From Gottfriedia acidiceleris (GTDB lineage Bacteria > Bacillota > Bacilli > Bacillales > Bacillaceae_G): DNA of 24,000 bases. The stretch's first letter is position 1; each line of letters starts with the position of its first letter. Positions 16,840-24,000 of the stretch are shown here, piece after piece. A program made the position numbers and the translations under genes. The stretch is taken from positions 1 through 24,000 of the forward strand of contig NZ_SCFN01000026.1 in the NCBI RefSeq assembly GCF_004138285.1. Reading direction: 5' to 3'. The notes under the pieces were generated by a model, which was given only the letters and a program-made list of their open reading frames with translations, was not told where the DNA came from and made no database searches.

Positions 16840-17193
16840 TTATATTTGCTGTAAGACCACTTGAGCGGCAGCATAATGTTCAGTATGCGTAATTGATAAA
16901 AACGGTATAAACGGCAAATCAACGGTTAAAACAGGCTTACCTTTTTCGTCATTTAAGATTTCAATATCATGAAATCCTAATTCTTTCCCAATTCCTGTAC
17001 CAAAAGCTTTTGAACAAGCTTCTTTTGCGGCGAATCTCCCTGATAAAAATTCAAGTTTTCTTCGTTCTGATAAGTTTTCGTATATTTCATATTCTGCTTC
17101 AGTCAAAATCCTTTTCGCAAACCGTGGCTGCGAGCTTATAATTTCTTTCATTCGTTCAATTTCTACTAAATCTAATCCGATACCTACGATCAT
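16840..17193 (-). CDS. acpS: holo-[acyl-carrier-protein] synthase
   Basis: 117 aa. MIVGIGLDLVEIERM N-terminus and the FAAKEACSKAFGTG motif. Confidence 0.95.
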   Translation of the reverse strand: MIVGIGLDLVEIERMKEIISSQPRFAKRILTEAEYEIYENLSERRKLEFLSGRFAAKEACSKAFGTGIGKELGFHDIEILNDEKGKPVLTVDLPFIPFLSITHTEHYAAAQVVLQQI

Positions 17194-17218
17194 ATTTCCT
17201 CACCCTAACTTTCGAGTA

Positions 17219-18184
17219 CTACGGTTTAAAATAAAAGCTTGAATCATTAATAATTTCAATAGACGGATGAGCTTTCAGATCATCCATTAATTGAAATAGT
17301 GCATTATCTTTTTGTTTCGCTTCAATCATACAATCAATTTGCCTAACCGAGCCATAAATTTCATTTAAAAATGTAACAAACATGTTAGCGTCCACAAAAT
17401 CAGCATGAGCACGTATGTCTTTCTCATCTCTAGGACTTGATATATGCATTTTCATAGGCAAGCTTGAAGCCTTCCATGTATCGACTGCATAACTCCAATT
17501 TTTTACCCAATCTTCATTTGTATGATTAACTAGATGATGATGATAGTCAAATACAAGCGGTACTCCTAATTTTTCACAGGCAAATAATGTTTCATCAAAC
17601 GTAAAGGTAGTATCATCATTTTCAAACATTAGCATTTTTTGAATTTGCGCAGGAACAAGGCTAAAATTCTCTATTAATTGTTCCAGTGATTTTTCCTTAT
17701 CATCATACCCTCCGCCAACATGGAGTACACATCGTTGTTCTGTATTAATCTTCATCGCTTTTAAAAGCTGATAATGCATTTTTAAGGTTTTTACCGATGT
17801 TTTTAATAACTCTTCATCAGTTGAGTTTAAGATAACGAAATGATCTGGGTGAAAATCAATCCTCATTTCATTCGTAATCGCAAATTTACCTAACTCATGT
17901 AAACTTTCCTTTAATGGCTTTATGTAATTCCAATCTGATACTTCTTCATGGTTTGCTAAAGGGATTAATTTACTGCTCAGGCGAAAAAAAGATATATCAT
18001 GTGCCTTGTTGTGCTTAAGTAATCTTAAACAGTTATTTATATTAGTTTTTGATATTTGTTCTAGCTTACGAATAGCCGCATCTTTATCCTTTTGCTTTAA
18101 AAATTGTGCAACCGTCATTGTTTTTGAAGGTGAGGCATTTTGTAAATTCATACTCATTGCGACATACCCAAGTCTTACAAGCAT
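17219..18184 (-). CDS. uvsE: UV damage endonuclease UvsE/UVDE
   Basis: Motifs RLGYVAMS, FRLSSKLIPL, ENDD, HADFVD and MIEAKQKD align with recalled B. subtilis YwjD. That alignment favours ATG 18184 (MLVRLGYV) over track start 18202. Confidence 0.9.
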   Translation of the reverse strand: MLVRLGYVAMSMNLQNASPSKTMTVAQFLKQKDKDAAIRKLEQISKTNINNCLRLLKHNKAHDISFFRLSSKLIPLANHEEVSDWNYIKPLKESLHELGKFAITNEMRIDFHPDHFVILNSTDEELLKTSVKTLKMHYQLLKAMKINTEQRCVLHVGGGYDDKEKSLEQLIENFSLVPAQIQKMLMFENDDTTFTFDETLFACEKLGVPLVFDYHHHLVNHTNEDWVKNWSYAVDTWKASSLPMKMHISSPRDEKDIRAHADFVDANMFVTFLNEIYGSVRQIDCMIEAKQKDNALFQLMDDLKAHPSIEIINDSSFYFKP

Positions 18185-18422
18185 TTTTATTCCAACTCTC
18201 ATCTGTTTTTAATTAGTGTATGGAATCTGCCCAAATTCACACAGGTATTTATCTTAAACATAAGAATTAAGTTAGGGGAAATAGGTACATGGATTTTTCC
18301 ATGTACCATACAGACTAATGACAAGCACTCACCTTTTAAGATAACCTTCGTTCTTCAACAGACTTTGCGCCTCGACAGACAAGGTTTTCAGTCAGTCTGA
18401 GCATCGAATATTTGTATTCACA

Positions 18423-18456
18423 TACAAAAAGGCACATGGGGTATCCCATGTGCCTT
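18423..18456 (-). terminator. rho-independent terminator after cshA
   Basis: 12-bp perfect stem AAGGCACATGGG/CCCATGTGCCTT, loop GTAT/ATAC, followed on the minus strand by TTTTTGT. Confidence 0.88.
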
Positions 18457-18466
18457 ATATTTTGTC

Positions 18467-20011
18467 TTATTTATTGCTATCTTGGTGTCTGCGTTGTCCG
18501 CCACGGTTTGCATCGCGAGAACCTTCACTACGTTTGCCACGGAAGTTTCCACCACGGTTTCCGTCTCTATCTCCACGGCGACTATCTCCACGGCGGTCTC
18601 CACCACCACGACGATTGTCTCCTCCGCCACGTTTGTTTTCGCCACGACGGAATCCACCTCCGCCGTTCCCACCACGTCCACGGTCACGTTTCACCATTGG
18701 TGGTTCATCAGTTAAACGGATTGGAGTTTCATTTGGTTCTTTTGTTAGCATTTTTAAAGCAGCTGCAACAACACTTACTGAATCATGTTCTTCAAGTAAT
18801 TCTTCAGCAATACGTTTGTAGAATGCTAAGTTGTCACTTTCCATTGTTGAAGTTAATTTTTCAGCAATAATACGTTGTTGGCTTTCAATTGCCTCATCCA
18901 ATGTAGGTGCAGTCATACGTTCCATACGGCGTTTAGTTGTACGTTCAATATTTTTTAATTGATTAAACTCACGCGGAGTGATGAATAACATCGCGATACC
19001 TGATTTTCCAGCACGACCTGTACGTCCGATACGGTGAACATAGCTTTCAGGATCTTGAGGAATATCAAAGTTATAAACGTGTGTTACACCAGAAATATCT
19101 AATCCACGCGCTGCTACGTCCGTTGCAACTAAAACGTCAATTGAACCAGATTTAAATTTACGAAGTACTTGCTCACGTTTTGCTTGTGATAAATCACCAT
19201 GAATACCTTCAGCTGCATAACCACGTAGGTTTAACGCTTCAGATAATTCATCAACACGACGTTTTGTACGACCAAAAATAATTGCTAATTCTGGAGTTTG
19301 AATATCTAATAAACGTGTAAGCACGTCAAATTTTTTCTTTTCTTGAACTTCAATAAAGTGTTGTTCAATATTAGGCATTGTAACTTCTTTTGCTTTTACT
19401 TTTACGATTTGAGGATTTGTCATAAAAGTTTCTGCAATGCGACGAATTGGATCTGGCATTGTAGCAGAGAAAAGAAGTGTTTGTTTGTTTTCAGGAACTT
19501 CTTTTAAAATCGCTTCGATATCTTCAATGAATCCCATATTTAACATTTCATCCGCTTCATCTAATACCACTGTATTAACGTTATTAAGACGGATTGTACG
19601 ACGGTTAATATGGTCTTGAATACGACCAGGAGTTCCAACAATAATATGTGGGAATTTTTTTAATGAACGCATTTGACGGTTAATGTCTTGTCCACCGTAG
19701 ATCGGAAGGATTTTTACACCTTTGTTCATACCAATTTTGTGTAATTCTTCACCAACTTGGATTGCTAATTCACGTGTAGGTGCGATTACAAGTCCTTGAA
19801 CATTGTTGCTATCTACATCAATTTTCTCTAGCAATGGAACACCAAAAGCGGCAGTTTTACCAGTACCAGTTTGCGCTTGACCAATTACATCATGGCCTTG
19901 TTTTGCTAATGGAATAGTCTGCGCTTGAATTGGTGTAGCTTCCTCGAAGCCTAATTTTTCAATCGCAAACAGGATCTTACTACTTAATCCTAATTCTTGA
20001 AATGTTGTCAA
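18467..20011 (-). CDS. cshA: DEAD-box ATP-dependent RNA helicase CshA with an RG/RGG-rich C-terminal tail
   Basis: Q motif, [21 protein letters not shown] and [10 protein letters not shown]. The start is TTG 20011 (AAAGGAG 10 nt upstream; MTTFQELGL). The 29-codon upstream extension in the track has no SD. Confidence 0.95.
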   Translation of the reverse strand: MTTFQELGLSSKILFAIEKLGFEEATPIQAQTIPLAKQGHDVIGQAQTGTGKTAAFGVPLLEKIDVDSNNVQGLVIAPTRELAIQVGEELHKIGMNKGVKILPIYGGQDINRQMRSLKKFPHIIVGTPGRIQDHINRRTIRLNNVNTVVLDEADEMLNMGFIEDIEAILKEVPENKQTLLFSATMPDPIRRIAETFMTNPQIVKVKAKEVTMPNIEQHFIEVQEKKKFDVLTRLLDIQTPELAIIFGRTKRRVDELSEALNLRGYAAEGIHGDLSQAKREQVLRKFKSGSIDVLVATDVAARGLDISGVTHVYNFDIPQDPESYVHRIGRTGRAGKSGIAMLFITPREFNQLKNIERTTKRRMERMTAPTLDEAIESQQRIIAEKLTSTMESDNLAFYKRIAEELLEEHDSVSVVAAALKMLTKEPNETPIRLTDEPPMVKRDRGRGGNGGGGFRRGENKRGGGDNRRGGGDRRGDSRRGDRDGNRGGNFRGKRSEGSRDANRGGQRRHQDSNK

Positions 20012-20164
20012 TTTGGTTAATCTCCTTTGTATCTCAATTGATCTATAAAAATGATCTATAAAAAATCTATTAAAATTATATGTTTCGTGACTGTTCATAA
20101 GGAAGGTTCGTTTTTAGTGGAAAACAATTGTCCGAAGTATCATGAAAAGAAACAATATCTACTC

Positions 20165-20193
20165 ATTATACGGACATTCCATCTAAAAAGCAA
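20165..20193 (-). promoter_or_regulatory. cshA promoter
   Basis: Minus strand TTGCTT (20193-20188), 17 nt, TATAAT (20170-20165). Implies a 5' UTR of about 150 nt. Confidence 0.6.
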
Positions 20194-20447
20194 ATGAAGT
20201 TATATTCTAACAATTTGACCTTTGAACTATAAATAACGTTTGGAATATAGATATTTTCTCCGTAAATTCTTAGTTTATAACCTTTTTCACAACTTATATT
20301 ACGAACAGTTTTCATTTGTTAAATTATGAGAATAAAGTTTTCACTTTGTATATGAATTGGGCAAGGCTAAGGGAAAAAGGATTAAAGGATTAGGAAAAGA
20401 TTGGATTTTAATTAACCTTCTCTACCCTATAAATTCCCTATTTTCCC

Positions 20448-21830
20448 CTACCCCTTTTTTAAAAGTGCATTTACAACTTCTTCTAATTTCATTCCCCTAG
20501 AAGCTTTAACTAATACTAGGTCATTTGGTCTTACTTGTTGTAATAAATCTTCAATTAATTTATTTTTATCTTCGAAGCTTTTTACTTTTGAAGAGTCCAT
20601 TTGTTCAAAAGCTGACGTTGCTGCAAATTTACTTAATGGTCCAAAAGTATAAAGAAAATCGAAATGAAGATTTACAACTTCTTCTCCAATTTCTTCATGA
20701 AAAGCAATTTCTTGATCACCTAATTCTAACATGTCGCCAAATACAACAAACTTTCGATTATAACCCTTTAGTTCTGAAGCAAATAAAAGAGCCGCTTTCA
20801 TTGATGTAACACTTGCATTATAGGCATCATTAATAATTGTTATTCCATTTTCATTCTTTAATAATTCCATACGCATTTTTGTCATTTCTAAATTCTGCAT
20901 ACCAGAACTAATTTCATCCCATGTTAATGAAAACTTTCTCGCAACTGCAATAGCTGCCAATGTATTACTAATATTATGTTTGCCTAGTACGCCCAATTTG
21001 AAACGGACATCCTTAGCTTTATTTATTTCAAATTCACTACCAGATTCATTCATTTCAATAAATGTTGGATATACATCATTACTTTCGCTTAAACCAAAAG
21101 TTTCGATTGTATAGATTAAGTTTTTATCTTTTGTACCTTCGATTAATAATGGTTCATCGCCATTAATGACAAGTAATCCGTTTTTTGATAGTCCCCTGGC
21201 AATCTCAAGCTTCGCCTTTGCGATACCAGCTCTTGAGCCTAGTTCCTGCATATGAGACTCACCGATGTTTGTAATTATTGCCGCGTCAGGTTCAGCTAAA
21301 TTAGATAAAAATTCAATTTCTCCAAAATTGCTCATACCCATTTCTAAGACAGCAACCTCCGTATCTTCTGCCATCGCTAATACTGTTAACGGAAGTCCGA
21401 TATGATTATTAAAGTTCCCTTGTGTTTTATGTACTTTATATTTTGCTGAAAGAATGCTAGTTAAAATATCTTTTGTTGATGTTTTCCCATTACTTCCTGT
21501 TATACCAACTATTTTACCATTCCACTCACTTAAATATGATTTAGACAGTTTTTGTAAAGCTTCTAATGTATCATCGACTAAGATGACAGACGCGTTTGTT
21601 GGTACATTTGAAAACTTTCTAGAACAAAGTACTGCACTAGCACCATTTTCAATTGCTTGAGGTAAAAATTGATGTGCATCGAATTTTTCACCGATCAGCG
21701 GTATAAATAATTTTCCATTTAAATCTACACGAGAGTCTGTTGAAACTCCGTTGATTGTTAAATCTTCACCCTTTAATTGGCTACCAGGGATCATATTAAC
21801 AATTTGAGATAAAGTACGTACGATTGACAT
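20448..21830 (-). CDS. murF: UDP-N-acetylmuramoyl-tripeptide--D-alanyl-D-alanine ligase
   Basis: P-loop GITGSNGKTSTKD, NFNNHIGLPLT and DAYNAS. The second ATG (21830) has better SD spacing (GGAG + 9 nt) and aligns with the B. subtilis MurF N-terminus. Track start is 21836. Confidence 0.95.
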   Translation of the reverse strand: MSIVRTLSQIVNMIPGSQLKGEDLTINGVSTDSRVDLNGKLFIPLIGEKFDAHQFLPQAIENGASAVLCSRKFSNVPTNASVILVDDTLEALQKLSKSYLSEWNGKIVGITGSNGKTSTKDILTSILSAKYKVHKTQGNFNNHIGLPLTVLAMAEDTEVAVLEMGMSNFGEIEFLSNLAEPDAAIITNIGESHMQELGSRAGIAKAKLEIARGLSKNGLLVINGDEPLLIEGTKDKNLIYTIETFGLSESNDVYPTFIEMNESGSEFEINKAKDVRFKLGVLGKHNISNTLAAIAVARKFSLTWDEISSGMQNLEMTKMRMELLKNENGITIINDAYNASVTSMKAALLFASELKGYNRKFVVFGDMLELGDQEIAFHEEIGEEVVNLHFDFLYTFGPLSKFAATSAFEQMDSSKVKSFEDKNKLIEDLLQQVRPNDLVLVKASRGMKLEEVVNALLKKG

Positions 21831-21873
21831 TGTCATCGACTCCTCTTCTATAGAATTTTTCTTCTATTCACAT

Positions 21874-21905
21874 GAAAACACTATTCAACCATGAATAGTG
21901 TTTTC
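21874..21905 (-). other. long perfect hairpin between ddl and murF (attenuator or stability element?)
   Basis: 14-bp perfect stem GAAAACACTATTCA/TGAATAGTGTTTTC with a 4-nt loop. A third CTATTCA copy at 21864-21870 allows alternative pairing. No clean U-tract follows in the minus orientation. Confidence 0.45.
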
Positions 21906-21910
21906 AATTG

Positions 21911-23008
21911 TTAAATATTATATTTAATTTGTTGTTTTTGTTCGTAACGTTCAATTGCTAGGTCTATTAATTTTTCAATTAATTTTGGATATGTTAATCC
22001 AGTAGCCTGCCATAATTGAGGATACATACTGAACGGAGTAAATCCAGGCATTGTATTAACTTCATTCATTAATACGCCACCATCTTCTGTTACAAAGAAA
22101 TCAGCACGAGTTAAGCCTGAGCCATCGATTGCTTTGAACGCAACTTCTGCATAATGCTTAATTTTTTCATATGTTTCAGTTTCTACAGGAGCAGGGATAA
22201 TTAGACCAGTATCGCCACTCTCATATTTTGCAGTATAATCATAAAATTCTACTGATGGTTTGATTTCTCCAACAACAGAACATTCAACTTGATCGTTACC
22301 TAATACAGCAATTTCAATTTCACGTCCAACAATGTTTTCTTCAATAATTATTTTACGGTCGAATTGGAATGCTTCTTCAAATGAAGCCATTAATGCTTCA
22401 CGATTCTTAGCTTTCGTAATACCAACACTAGAACCTAAGTTTGCAGGTTTAACAAATACAGGATAGCCTAATTCTTTCTCGACTACTTCATAGCAAGACT
22501 CTGCATTTGCTTTCCACTCTGTTTTTAAGAAATGTACGTATTTAGCTTGAGGAATTCCAGCTTGAGCAAACAAGTTTTTCATAATCACTTTATCCATACC
22601 AGCCGCTGAAGCTAATACACCATTACCTACATAAGGAATATTTAATAGCTCAAGTAAACCTTGAACTGTTCCATCTTCACCATTTGGTCCATGTAATAAT
22701 GGGAAAATAACGTCAACCGGGCCAGTTGAATCTTGATTTGAAGCTGCAGGAATAATTGATGAAGTTAACGCGACAGGAGCGATTTCATTTACATGTTGAT
22801 CTTCATTTGAGAATTTTAAAGCTGCAACACTTTCTACTTTCCCCTCAATTTGTTTCCCTTGTAACCATTCGCCTTGTTCTGTTATATAAATTGGATACAC
22901 ATCAAATTTTGTGTGATCTAAAGCAGAAATAACGGCAAAAGCTGTTTGTAATGATACTTTGTGTTCAGCAGATTTACCGCCATATAATAATCCTAACTTA
23001 ATCTTCAT
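21911..23008 (-). CDS. ddl: D-alanine--D-alanine ligase
   Basis: 365 aa ATP-grasp protein. [15 protein letters not shown]-terminus, [12 protein letters not shown] and EVNTMPGFT. Confidence 0.95.
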   Translation of the reverse strand: MKIKLGLLYGGKSAEHKVSLQTAFAVISALDHTKFDVYPIYITEQGEWLQGKQIEGKVESVAALKFSNEDQHVNEIAPVALTSSIIPAASNQDSTGPVDVIFPLLHGPNGEDGTVQGLLELLNIPYVGNGVLASAAGMDKVIMKNLFAQAGIPQAKYVHFLKTEWKANAESCYEVVEKELGYPVFVKPANLGSSVGITKAKNREALMASFEEAFQFDRKIIIEENIVGREIEIAVLGNDQVECSVVGEIKPSVEFYDYTAKYESGDTGLIIPAPVETETYEKIKHYAEVAFKAIDGSGLTRADFFVTEDGGVLMNEVNTMPGFTPFSMYPQLWQATGLTYPKLIEKLIDLAIERYEQKQQIKYNI

Positions 23009-23039
23009 GATGTTCCCCCTACTATTTTTTGCTCTCCCT

Positions 23040-23068
23040 ATTGTACCACTTTATACAAATGTGTATAA
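23040..23068 (-). promoter_or_regulatory. candidate ddl promoter with extended -10
   Basis: Minus strand TTATAC (23068-23063), 17 nt, TGGTACAAT (TG at 23047-23048, TACAAT at 23045-23040). Confidence 0.4.
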
Positions 23069-23141
23069 GCTTTTATGGGTAGAAACCTATTTTTCTTTAC
23101 AACATATGCAATGATATCTGTTTTGTGATTTCTTTACAACT

Positions 23142-23172
23142 AAAAAAAGCATAGCTCTACTTGAACTATACT
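23142..23172 (-). terminator. probable terminator after the MFS transporter gene
   Basis: 7-bp stem AGTATAG/CTATGCT (one G:U), 11-nt loop, then TTTTTTT on the minus strand. Confidence 0.45.
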
Positions 23173-23232
23173 TAGTTTGTGGATAAGAGTAATAAGCTGA
23201 CGAAGCAACAAAGAAATCAAGTGTCCTGAGAA

Positions 23233-24000
23233 CTATTGCGCTATACCCTGTTTATTATCTCTAATCGCTACTTTTTCATCAAGTGAGCGATACATTATTC
23301 CTGATAGTACAACTCCTGTTCCAAGAATTATAAAAAGCCATATTCCAAGTTTTAAATCAAATAAAAATCCACCTAATAAAGGTCCAAGAAATCCACCAAT
23401 CGTATATTTCATACTACCAACGGCCATGTAGGTCGCTCTTAATTCTTCAGGAGCAATATTCGCCACAAATGTCATTTGAACTGGCGACATGACCATTTCT
23501 CCAAAGGTGTAGTATATGAAGATAATTGCCAAGAAAAATAGAATCACCCACTTACCTAATCCAACTGTAAGCAATAATGGAGGTGCAAGGCCGATTGATA
23601 AAATACCTAAACCAAATAAGATAGTTCCATAAAACATCGTTTTTCCAATTGAACGATTCGATAAATAACTTGAAATTGGAAATTGCAAAAGAACAACTAA
23701 CAATCCATTAAGCGACATTAAAAATGGGTAAGGATTCCACATACCAAATTGCGATTGAAAGGTTTGTTTAAAATAAAGTGGTAGCATTCCTTCAATTTGT
23801 GAGAAGCCCATTGAAATAATCACACCCGTTGCTACGTAAAAAATTAATAATTTATCAGTTCTAATGATTTTCATAACCTTTTTAAAAGGTATTTTCGTTA
23901 CTTCATTCTTATCTTTAACATTCTTTTCCGCAGGAAGTGTTTCTCTTAATAGAATTAACTGTGCAATACTATAAAGTCCTAAAGTGATTGCTGCAATATA
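23233..24000 (-). CDS. MFS transporter, C-terminal part (N-terminus beyond the window)
   Basis: The reading frame stays open from 24000 down to stop 23233, so the track ATG at 23874 is internal, within the central cytoplasmic loop. Six C-terminal TM helices of MFS type. Confidence 0.8.
   Translation of the reverse strand, partial: YIAAITLGLYSIAQLILLRETLPAEKNVKDKNEVTKIPFKKVMKIIRTDKLLIFYVATGVIISMGFSQIEGMLPLYFKQTFQSQFGMWNPYPFLMSLNGLLVVLLQFPISSYLSNRSIGKTMFYGTILFGLGILSIGLAPPLLLTVGLGKWVILFFLAIIFIYYTFGEMVMSPVQMTFVANIAPEELRATYMAVGSMKYTIGGFLGPLLGGFLFDLKLGIWLFIILGTGVVLSGIMYRSLDEKVAIRDNKQGIAQ

Noticed and set aside
18412-18870. His-rich (152 aa), Pro/Arg-rich (123 aa), and 89- and 77-aa ORFs overlapping the cshA 3' end
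   Set aside because: These are alternative-frame and antisense shadows of the GC-rich RGG-repeat coding region of cshA. They are low-complexity, lack SDs, and are fully contained in a confidently called gene.
20012-20098. 29-codon N-terminal extension of cshA ([13 protein letters not shown]...)
   Set aside because: There is no SD before ATG 20098. A strong AAAGGAG precedes TTG 20011, which gives the canonical MTTFQELGL helicase N-terminus.

Overview
AT-rich chromosomal segment of a low-GC Firmicute, with gene order like the Bacillus subtilis ddl-murF-cshA...acpS-ydcC-alr-ndoAI-ndoA...tex-sprT-trnS region. Nearly everything is on the minus strand. Left to right: the 5' part of a tRNA with tandem consensus promoters; cardiolipin synthase (+); a secreted SH3b + VanX-type D-Ala-D-Ala dipeptidase (+); an E. 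coli-type fructoselysine (frl) cluster, frlC-frlA-frlB-frlD-frlR, with two copies of a conserved promoter/operator; a tRNA region (Asn-Ser-Glu-Val-Asp, internal terminator, then Gln, Gln, Lys, Leu); sprT-like; tex; ndoA/ndoAI (mazEF); alr; ydcC-like lipoprotein; acpS; uvsE; cshA; murF; ddl; and a partial MFS transporter. Every ORF of about 100 aa or more belongs to a well-known housekeeping or catabolic family. I see no defence-, phage- or transposon-type protein genes, so I cannot support a novel protein-encoded system. The least explained structure is non-coding. Five ~84-bp cores (about 93-99% identical) lie at a ~122-bp period, interleaved with a duplicated tRNA-Gln and flanked by tRNA gene scars. 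A second unexplained locus is an orphan plus-strand terminator followed by a strong SD and a 38-codon ORF between sprT and tex. Several ORF-track starts were moved to SD-supported starts (cshA, tex, alr, frlA, frlR, murF, uvsE). No searches or folding computations were possible; family calls rest on recognised motifs and recalled homolog sequences.
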